48,692 nt of DNA from Octopus bimaculoides (lineage: Eukaryota): NCBI RefSeq assembly GCF_001194135.2, contig NC_068994.1, positions 46,033,361 to 46,082,052 on the forward strand, in the 5' to 3' direction. The notes under the pieces are model-generated. The model did no database searches. It saw nothing but the letters and a program-made list of their open reading frames with translations, and was not told the origin of the DNA. Each line of letters begins with the position of its first letter. Position 1 is the first letter of the stretch. Positions 39,331 through 48,692 of the stretch are shown here, one piece after another. Position numbers and translations under genes: made by a program.

Positions 39331-39472
39331 GAAAACCGATGTGCCTCTCCGTTTCCCATGTAAATATCTTCAGGCAAAGAAGCACGATCTTTTTCGATAC
39401 GATACTTCGTCCATACTTTTTTTCTTGATCTGGCTCATATCGAAGAGCTCCTTATGGCTCATAAAATTGCGA

Positions 39473-39527
<55 letters not shown>

Positions 39528-39655
39528 CAAGAAAGAAAGGAAGACAGAAAAAAAAGAAAGGAAGAAAGAAAAAAGAAGGAAAGGAAACGTATTATACAGA
39601 GGAAAATATAACGAAAACCTTGAGAAATGTTAAATTGAAATATGAGCAACTTTAC

Positions 39656-39844
39656 CTGACTCCGAGAGTGTTTTTCCTCCATACGAAACGTATGAGAGAG
39701 CACTCCTGTTTTGTAAGTGGTGGGAACTCGGTGGTGGAGTGACGTTGCTGTTATACTGTATGTGACGATTCGTTCGGAACGTAGAGAAAAAGTATGCCGC
39801 TCAGATTCACGGAATGTGAGAGTAGACTCGGATGGCCTCAGGCG
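39656..39844 (-). other. Candidate spliced exon (189 nt, phase 0-0, open frame), unverified
   Basis: Long pyrimidine tract and ~60 nt AG-free zone before ccag|, donor CAG|GTAAAG. Open frame RLRPSES...MEEKHSRSQ, with no protein similarity recognised. Confidence 0.2.
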
Positions 39845-40642
39845 CTGGACGTTAGTTAGAGCAGTGAAATTTGGCAGGGAAACAAAGAAACAGAGAAAAA
39901 AGGGTATGTTGTAATATAATATTCAGCATGAAACCATTCGTTCTTTGTTGCAAAAATAGTACACATTGTTCATAGGCCTACGAGGTTTCGAACGACAAAC
40001 CCTTCTTTTCCGCAGGTCTTTGTATTGTAGCCACTGCTTTGCTATGGGCCCTTAATTCCATTGATGGAGTCATGGAAGACTTAGAGCTTGCCTTGGGCAG
40101 TTTTCTCTGATAGAAGCCGCTTCTCATGGGCTAGAACAAGTCAACATGGTTGTAAGTTGAGGTCCCTGAACTGATGAAACTAAAGATACGATTGTGACCC
40201 GAATACCCTAACCACTAAGCTACGCGCCTTCGCGACACTGTAAATGTGAGGGAAAAGAGAAAGTGAGTCTCCTGGTTTGTTGATCGCGGTTTGTTGATCG
40301 CTTCTAAGTAGCATGGAAACACTGCGTTTACATTGTTATTTTACCCACAACTAGGTTTTGGAACGGTTACATTTATCTCAGTAAAACTATTTATGTGTGA
40401 ATGTGCATAGAGAGAGGAAGAAAACTGGTGGCCCATCAAATACAGCAGTAATTTTTTCGAGCGAAAACAGTGAAAAGCTTCTAAGTTAATTAACTAACCC
40501 AGCGGATTTAAACACTTTATATAAAATTTCATTATACATTCAAAAACTTTCACAGATATATATGCAAGGGTGTATGTGTGTATATGCATGTGTTGTATGT
40601 ATGTATACACATATATATATATACATACACACACACACACAC

Positions 40643-40685
<43 letters not shown>

Positions 40686-41744
40686 TATANNNNNNNNNNN
40701 NNNNNNNNNNNNNNNNNNNNNNNNNNNNNNNNNNNNNNNNNNNNNNNNNNNNNNNNNNNNNNNNNNNNNNNNNNNNNNNNNNNNNNNNNNNNNNNNNNNN
40801 NNNNNNNNNNNNNNNNNNNNNNNNNNNNNNNNNNNNNNNNNNNNNNNNNNNNNNNNNNNNNNNNNNNNNNNNNNNNNNNNNNNNNNNNNNNNNNNNNNNN
40901 NNNNNNNNNNNNNNNNNNNNNNNNNNNNNNNNNNNNNNNNNNNNNNNNNNNNNNNNNNNNNNNNNNNNNNNNNNNNNNNNNNNNNNNNNNNNNNNNNNNN
41001 NNNNNNNNNNNNNNNNNNNNNNNNNNNNNNNNNNNNNNNNNNNNNNNNNNNNNNNNNNNNNNNNNNNNNNNNNNNNNNNNNNNNNNNNNNNNNNNNNNNN
41101 NNNNNNNNNNNNNNNNNNNNNNNNNNNNNNNNNNNNNNNNNNNNNNNNNNNNNNNNNNNNNNNNNNNNNNNNNNNNNNNNNNNNNNNNNNNNNNNNNNNN
41201 NNNNNNNNNNNNNNNNNNNNNNNNNNNNNNNNNNNNNNNNNNNNNNNNNNNNNNNNNNNNNNNNNNNNNNNNNNNNNNNNNNNNNNNNNNNNNNNNNNNN
41301 NNNNNNNNNNNNNNNNNNNNNNNNNNNNNNNNNNNNNNNNNNNNNNNNNNNNNNNNNNNNNNNNNNNNNNNNNNNNNNNNNNNNNNNNNNNNNNNNNNNN
41401 NNNNNNNNNNNNNNNNNNNNNNNNNNNNNNNNNNNNNNNNNNNNNNNNNNNNNNNNNNNNNNNNNNNNNNNNNNNNNNNNNNNNNNNNNNNNNNNNNNNN
41501 NNNNNNNNNNNNNNNNNNNNNNNNNNNNNNNNNNNNNNNNNNNNNNNNNNNNNNNNNNNNNNNNNNNNNNNNNNNNNNNNNNNNNNNNNNNNNNNNNNNN
41601 NNNNNNNNNNNNNNNNNNNNNNNNNNNNNNNNNNNNNNNNNNNNNNNNNNNNNNNNNNNGTGTGTGAGGTGCAAAATTTGTTAGAAGTCGTTCACTTGCA
41701 GGCAATATTTTTGAATACCATTAAGGCAGTGATATGGCATAGTC

Positions 41745-41918
41745 GTTATCATGCCGGCTTAAAATGCTTAGCGATATTTTGTCCGCCTTTACGATCTGAG
41801 TTCAAACGCTTCCCAGGTCGACTTTGCCTTTCATCCTTTCGGGGACTGTAAAATAAGTATCAGCTGAACACCGGTACTTCGTCCGAAATCGTTGGCCTTG
41901 TGTCAAGATTTGAAACCA
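41745..41918 (+). mobile_element. Family A SINE copy
   Basis: aaaatgcttagcg...gagttcaaac...ggtcgactttgcctttcatcctttcgggg...ggccttgtg. Confidence 0.75.
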
Positions 41919-42234
41919 ATATTCTAAAATATTTGTTCGTTATGTCACCAGATTGTTTACTACGAACTCTCTATAGAATCTTCAGTATTCGGCAATGAAA
42001 CACAAATTGATTAGAGGAACATACAAAGCCGCAGATACAACAGCAACACAGAGACAAAAAGAAAAGCACAGCAACAAGAATAACATCGTAGACAACTATA
42101 ATAGTAAAAAAAGAATATCCTGTACCTCAATATACAAATGGTAGGTATTTTCGATTTTGTCGATTTTCAGATTGAAGTAGAAACCAAACAGAAAAACCAC
42201 CTCTGGGTCATAAACATCCCTCTGAAATAAACAA

Positions 42235-42305
<71 letters not shown>

Positions 42306-42725
42306 AAAATAAAAATTAAAAAATTAAAAAAGGGTTTTGTATGATAGTGTATAGAGGAATATATTATTCAAAANNNNNNNNNNNNNNNNNNNNNNNNNNN
42401 NNNNNNNNNNNNNNNNNNNNNNNNNNNNNNNNNNNNNNNNNNNNNNNNNNNNNNNNNNNNNNNNNNNNNNNNNNNNNNNNNNNNNNNNNNNNNNNNNNNN
42501 NNNNNNNNNNNNNNNNNNNNNNNNNNNNNNNNNNNNNNNNNNNNNNNNNNNNNNNNNNNNNNNNNNNNNNNNNNNNNNNNNNNNNNNNNNNNNNNNNNNN
42601 NNNNNNNNNNNNNNNNNNNNNNNNNNNNNNNNNNNNNNNNNNNNNNNNNNNNNNNNNNNNNNNNNNNNNNNNNNNNNNNNNNNNNNNNNNNNNNNNNNNN
42701 NNNTATATATATATAATACAAATAT

Positions 42726-43066
42726 TATTATTTCTAAATCTCTAAAGGAGACTACGGCAGCAGTACTGGGTATTAATAGCTATCGCCAAGCTAACATGGC
42801 AGTCCAGAAAAATAAGACGAAAGCTGCCGTTGAGCAGTTCCAAGAGGCTATCGCTTCTAGCTAGCTATGTGGCACACAAACCTGTGTCCATTACAAACTT
42901 CGAACAGGGACAGTCATCAGCTTCCCCATGCACAGACTAGCTAAGAGGCGATGGCCTCTTGGAGCTATTCAGCGGTAGCATTCATCCTATTTTTCTGGAC
43001 TGCCATGTTAGCCTGGCAATAACTATTAATGCCCAGAACTGCTGTCGTAGAGATTTAGAAATAATA
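42726..43066. mobile_element. Foldback/MITE-like inverted repeat (arms ~135-145 bp)
   Basis: 42752-~42870 is the reverse complement of ~42931-43050 with about 16 mismatches (~85% identity). The outer tattatttctaaatct / agatttagaaataata also pair, with a 10-nt indel. Confidence 0.85.
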
Positions 43067-43647
43067 AGAAAGATTTAGAAATAACTATATTTCTATATTT
43101 CTATTTAGAGAGATTTTAAAATAATAATAATTCTATTTTTGAAAACCAGTGGATGTGTTTCACTGAATAAATATAAAGCTTCGAACAAACAGCGACGCCT
43201 GCTGGATTCCACTACTCCACATTGATAAGGGGCAAATATTACGGAGATGTACGTAATATGTACGGATATTACGGTCACGGTTTCAAAGCGAACGAAAATA
43301 TTTTGGCACAAATGAAATTTAAATGTTAAAGTGAAACTAACGATTTTTGTGTGTTCTTGAATGGCTTACAAACATCTTCCACACTGCAATTGTTTATATG
43401 TATGTATGTATGTATGTATGTATATATATATTATATGTGGGGGGGGGGTAGAAGGCAACAACTTGCTGAACTTATTCGTTCGCCATTGTTCCCGCAGGGC
43501 ACAACCACGCACATTCAAGTCCAAAACGTTCAGGGTGAAAGTCGACAACATCGACCTAACCAATCAAGGCATCTCACCAGTGCAACCTTTCGCTTTAAAG
43601 TAATTACAACACGCACACACCTACATACACACACACACATGCATACA

Positions 43648-43678
<31 letters not shown>

Positions 43679-44321
43679 GTGTGTTTATGGAAGCGTGGGG
43701 AAGAATGTATGTGAGCATGCAAATGTGTATATACGATTTATACATACATATATGTGGGTGTGCATTTATACATATCATGCATACAGATCCACACTAAAAA
43801 ATTCTGTGTGTATATATATGTGTGTGTGTTTGTCTGTGTGGTGTGGTGTGTTAATACGTGCAAGTTTATACATTATCATATTGTTAATTTGAATCACACA
43901 CTAAGCGATGTTATTCACAAATGAAATGTAATTTCATAAATATAATCTAAATGAGGCTTACATATAGCTTCAGACTTTTCAATTCTTTCCTTTATATATA
44001 TATATATATATATCTTATTCAAATATTTCGAAAGTAATTCTATTAAGATTCGACTCAATATTATAATATTCGCATAGATATTTCGTATTATTTTATGCTA
44101 CGGGCTTTACTATCGAGTCTTGCGGCGTAACTTTGTATCCATCGCCTGAAACTAAGACGCCGCTCTCCATTTTTGCTACAAAAAGAAAGAATCCTGTTTT
44201 TATATTTACTGTTCTTATCATTAGTAGTATTTGAGATGTTTACTTGCGCCATCGTAATTATACGTGTGTGTATTACTAGATGTACAATACATTCATAAAT
44301 ATTTATATTATATAAAGACAT

Positions 44322-44322
<1 letters not shown>

Positions 44323-44385
<63 letters not shown>

Positions 44386-44400
44386 GTAGACAGACAGATA
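44323..44400. repeat. (GATA)n microsatellite
   Basis: Direct reading. Confidence 0.95.
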
Positions 44401-44869
44401 GATAAGATATTAGATGCATACATATAAACGTGTATAGACAGAGATATAGATTTACATACATACATATACATACATACATACATACAAACATACATATATA
44501 CATATTATGCTTATATATATGTATATTAGTTTCGCTTTTGTTGGTTTCAGCCAGAGGCTGAGATCATCCTGGGGCACCACCTTTTGTGTAAATGGTTCTT
44601 ATTTCACACTCACTTCCCGGTTTTCTCTCCGGAATTGTTTCTGCTGACGTAGCGAATCAAAGAATTAAACAGAGCTGCTCTTCTTTATGTTTCCTGTTGC
44701 AGATCACACCCTACAATTAATTTTATTCTTAAAAAGAGAAAGGCATTGTAAAATGTAGCGCACGACAACCTTAGAAAGATATGATAGCCACGGCTGGACA
44801 CATTTGATCATAAACTTGCTCGATCATATCTGACCTGTCGTTAAATAACAATAACAAAAATAGTTTGAT

Positions 44870-45168
44870 GGTTGTCTCTCGTAGTCCTAGAAATACGGTT
44901 TCTTACTGAACAACCTGCACACGTGATTTGTTTAGAACGAACGAATGTATCTGCTGCACAATAGCTCACTCCGTCCATCCGATCAACGTTTCCTGAACAG
45001 GTGCACAGTATACCACACGTCAGATGTTGAAGAAATCGCAGAGCAACGTGAGATGAAATTCAGTGTTTTGTAGAAGAACACGACACACCAGCAGGTCAAG
45101 GAGTTGAAACCACGATCTCGAGATCGTGAGTTCAACACTCTAGTCACTAGGCCATGCGCCCTCACAAA
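44870..45168 (-). mobile_element. tRNA-headed SINE family D
   Basis: Minus strand ggcgcatggcctagtg...gtggtttcaactcc head; body shared with 3055-3341. Confidence 0.65.
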
Positions 45169-46492
45169 AGAAAAAAAAGTAATAGACTGAATAACAGAAA
45201 GAGAGCAACATGTCTACACAGACACAATGCATTTCATACAATAAAGTCTAGTATGTCAAAGTACACAGTGCTCAATATAATCTTCCATTATGTAGAGGCG
45301 TGGATACATACAGAACAGTGGATTGGCGAATCACAATTAGCAGTTCAGTAGATTACCTTTCTGGGCATAGATCTATTTGATCAGAGTTAATCTTCACTTC
45401 AAAAATCTACATGAATCACGTTCATCTTTCAGTAAGTAAACAACATGTTTGCACATTATATTAACTGCAGATTCTACTGACTGCGCCAGACACGAAATCT
45501 CCATTTCCAGCTCCGTCCTTTCTTTTGTCGGTGAAGTCAGCTATCATTAACCAACATCAATTCCTTCACAGAAACAGAGATGGAGAAAAGAGAGAAAGAG
45601 AGAAAGAGAGAGAAAGGGCGACTACTAACTGTCTCATTGTGGTTTGACTGCAACTATTCCCCTTTTATCAATACTGTACTATCAACATCACCACCACTCT
45701 ACCACCACAACTGCAATATTGTTATCTATTATTACAGTTGCTCTTTATGTATGTGGTACTTTTGGTTCGATATCATGTACGTTGAAAGGAGGCGAGGTCG
45801 AGTGAGTGCATATTTCTCTCACTGTTATACCATATGTATATATATNNNNNNNNNNNNNNNNNNNNNNNNNNNNNNNNNNNNNNNNNNNNNNNNNNNNNNN
45901 NNNNNNNNNNNNNNNNNNNNNNNNNNNNNNNNNNNNNNNNNNNNNNNNNNNNNNNNNNNNNNNNNNNNNNNNNNNNNNNNNNNNNNNNNNNNNNNNNNNN
46001 NNNNNNNNNNNNNNNNNNNNNNNNNNNNNNNNNNNNNNNNNNNNNNNNNNNNNNNNNNNNNNNNNNNNNNNNNNNNNNNNNNNNNNNNNNNNNNNNNNNN
46101 NNNNNNNNNNNNNNNNNNNNNNNNNNNNNNNNNNNNNNNNNNNNNNNNNNNNNNNNNNNNNNNNNNNNNNNNNNNNNNNNNNNNNNNNNNNNNNNNNNNN
46201 NNNNNNNNNNNNNNNNNNNNNNNNNNNNNNNNNNNNNNNNNNNNNNNNNNNNNNNNNNNNNNNNNNNNNNNNNNNNNNNNNNNNNNNNNNNNNNNNNNNN
46301 NNNNNNNNNNNNNNNNNNNNNNNNNNNNNNNNNNNNNNNNNNNNNNNNNNNNNNNNNNNNNNNNNNNNNNNNNNNNNNNNNNNNNNNNNNNNNNNNNNNN
46401 NNNNNNNNNNNNNNNNNNNNNNNNNNNNNNNNNNNNNNNNNNNNNNNNNNNNNNNNNNNNNNNNNNNNNNNNNNNNNNNNNNNNNNNNNNNN

Positions 46493-47037
46493 ACAAAACA
46501 ACCGTTGGCTTGACGTGTCTCCAAAATATGTACCACGAGTGATAGAAATTAAACACCCAGTCAACATAATGGTCTTTGGACTGGTCACTAGTGATGGTTT
46601 CGTTATGCCTCCATTCATCTTCCCACACGGACTCCGACTCAACACGAAGGCCTACATCAAGTGCCTGGAGGAGGTAGTGCTACCCTGCGTCAAGAGAGTG
46701 GCTGCGACCACATCACGCCTAACATGTGACCACCTAACTCCCCACAGTGCAACCCCCTTGATTATTATGTGTGGGGCAGAATTGAGCGAGAGACCAACAA
46801 AAGTTCTTGTAACATCAAAGATGAACCGAAGGCAAGGATTATGACAGCATTCACCAACTTAAATAAGGAGACTGTCCAAAAGAGTTGCAGGAGATTCCGA
46901 AGTTGTTTGAAGCCAATGACGATTTTATTTGATGAATTTACTCTTTAGTATTTCAAGATATTTTTATGTAATTATGGTAAATATATCTGTAAAACGACAT
47001 GTCAGTGTTATTTTCATTTTTGCGTAATTTAGAGGAC
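46493..47037 (+). pseudogene. Broken Tc1/mariner-superfamily transposase (maT/DD37D-like) plus 3' region
   Basis: QNNRWL...KHPVNIMVFGLVTSDGFVMPPFIFPHGLRLNTKAYIKCLEEVVLP...RVA. A second frame from 46703 gives CDHITPNM*PPNSPQCNPLDYYVWG.IERETNK...RRFRS. The QQDxAP segment is absent, and W has become a stop codon. Confidence 0.85.
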
Positions 47038-47435
47038 ATGCGTTTCTCAGAGGCTTAATGTTTTTAGCTTAAGTCCTTGGCCCCGTAGGATTTGAGTAGT
47101 ATCGGAGATAAGGGGGCGAAGCTAAAAAGGCATTCTGGACTCCGACCGATGAGATAATCGGCTGATTACCTCATCGTGTATCCGTGTATCCGTGTATACA
47201 TGATCTGTGTATCTTGTTTTTATCCTGTTTGCCGTTTGTCGTGCTATCGTCCATTTTTCCGCGTTGTGTTTTGATGGTTTCCGTTTATTGTATTCTTTCT
47301 GTATATTTGTACATATATATACATAAATATATGCATACATACGCATATATCATATTCGTACATATATATACGTACACATCATATTCGTACACACACACGC
47401 ATATATATATATATACATATATACATATCATATTC

Positions 47436-47478
<43 letters not shown>

Positions 47479-47759
47479 NNNNNNNNNNNNNNNNNNNNNN
47501 NNNNNNNNNNNNNNNNNNNNNNNNNNNNNNNNNNNNNNNNNNNNNNNNNNNNNNNNNNNNNNNNNNNNNNNNNNNNNNNNNNNNNNNNNNNNNNNNNNNN
47601 NNNNNNNNNNNNNNNNNNNNNNNNNNNNNNNNNNNNNNNNNNNNNNNNNNNNNNNNNNNNNNNNNNNNNNNNNNNNNNNNNNNNNNNNNNNNNNNNNNNN
47701 NNNNNNNNNNNNNNNNNNNNNNNNNNNNNNNNNNNNNNNNNNNNNNNNNNNNNNNNNNN

Positions 47760-47815
<56 letters not shown>

Positions 47816-47819
47816 TAAT

Positions 47820-48005
47820 AATAGCAGAAAAAAACCTTAGGAATGAGAACCCGTTCAAAATTTTCCCAAGACACCTGATGAAGGCTGGAGGGTATATCAG
47901 CCAAAACGTTGTGTTAACAACAAACAAGATGAGGACAAATATCCGTCAAATATAAATAATGTAAATAATGTACATAATTGCTCATCTCTTAAATATAGAA
48001 CTGTA
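47820..48005 (+). mobile_element. Short Penelope-like terminal-repeat fragment after (AAT)n
   Basis: Contains the hammerhead motif below; cctgatgaagg...gcc.aaacgtt is typical of PLE ends as I recall them. Confidence 0.5.
47870..47915 (+). ncRNA. Minimal type I hammerhead ribozyme motif, G12->A variant (likely inactive)
   Basis: GACAC(47870-74) CUGAUGA(47875-81) A GGCUG-[gaggguauau]-CAGCC(47883-902) AAAAC GUU GUGUU(47911-15). Stem I is 5 bp, stem II is 5 bp, and palindromic AACGUU replaces stem III. Confidence 0.6.
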
Positions 48006-48049
48006 TTGCAAATAAATATTAGAGTCAATTTGTTCAACTAAATCCTTCA

Positions 48050-48100
48050 AGTCAATGCTCCAGCATGGCCGCAGTGCATTGGCTGAAACCAGTAGAAGAG
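48050..48100 (+). mobile_element. 3' tail stub of SINE family B
   Basis: tgctccagcatggccgcag...ggctgaaac is the reverse complement of the 11790-11830 end. Confidence 0.6.
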
Positions 48101-48692
48101 AAAAGATACTGCACGACCTTTCATTATCCTCATGTGCCCCCATCAACTTCCTTGGCTGCTACGTCAGATCTCGTTGCCAATTTACCTGCTTGTTATACAG
48201 ACTGTCGATAAATGAACAGTGCAGGATTCGATTTTCGTCAGTTTATGAGGTTAATTTTAGTACGAAGCAATCATCGAGAAATCTTAATTATTCATCCATA
48301 AATAAAATAAATAGAGTGATTATATAAATTTCATTGTATGTATATTTGGTTGTATATTTAGATTTATGAAAAAGAAAATCGGCCGAGGTTTGGTTCTCAA
48401 TTAGTTTGTGAGGCTCACTTTACAACAACACAAAAAAAGAAAAGAAATTAATGCAAGCAATCATCAAGGAATGTGAAATATTCATCAATCAATAAATAAA
48501 TAAATAAATAAATAAACACGTGGAGTGATTGTAAGGTAACTATATTATATATTTGTGTGTGAGAGAGTGTGTGTGTATGCATGTGCATATAAATATGTAT
48601 ACATATACACATATCAGCGCATATACATCTATGTATACGCATGCATAAATATATATATATTCATATATGTAATATATATATATATATATATA

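Noticed and set aside
39717-39914. 65-aa plus-strand ORF in a CpG-richer patch
   Set aside because: It has a non-ATG start and no recognisable domain; only the opposite strand has splice signals, reported separately at low confidence.

Overview
AT-rich, microsatellite-dense eukaryotic DNA from a gapped short-read scaffold. About 20 N-gaps are present, many abutting a simple repeat. The repeat families resemble those I recall from Octopus (coleoid cephalopod) genomes; this is an inference from memory, not a search result. No intact protein-coding gene, RNA gene or CRISPR array can be supported, and nearly all ORF-track entries are N-run or microsatellite artefacts. The window is dominated by mobile-element relics. 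(1) More than 20 copies of a tRNA-derived SINE family, often in head-to-tail arrays, plus at least three other SINE families. (2) Three 5'-truncated fragments of R4/Dong-type non-LTR retrotransposons, each joined directly to (TAA)n, plus two copies of a putative long 3' UTR. (3) A mariner (DD34D) transposase C-terminus with its right TIR, and a broken maT/DD37D-like transposase. (4) piggyBac-type, hAT-type and foldback MITEs. (5) A Penelope-like GIY-YIG remnant that the ORF track misses, plus a minimal hammerhead ribozyme motif and a second decayed one. (6) A degenerate ~150-165 bp tandem array split by a SINE. A few weak minus-strand exon candidates are reported at low confidence.
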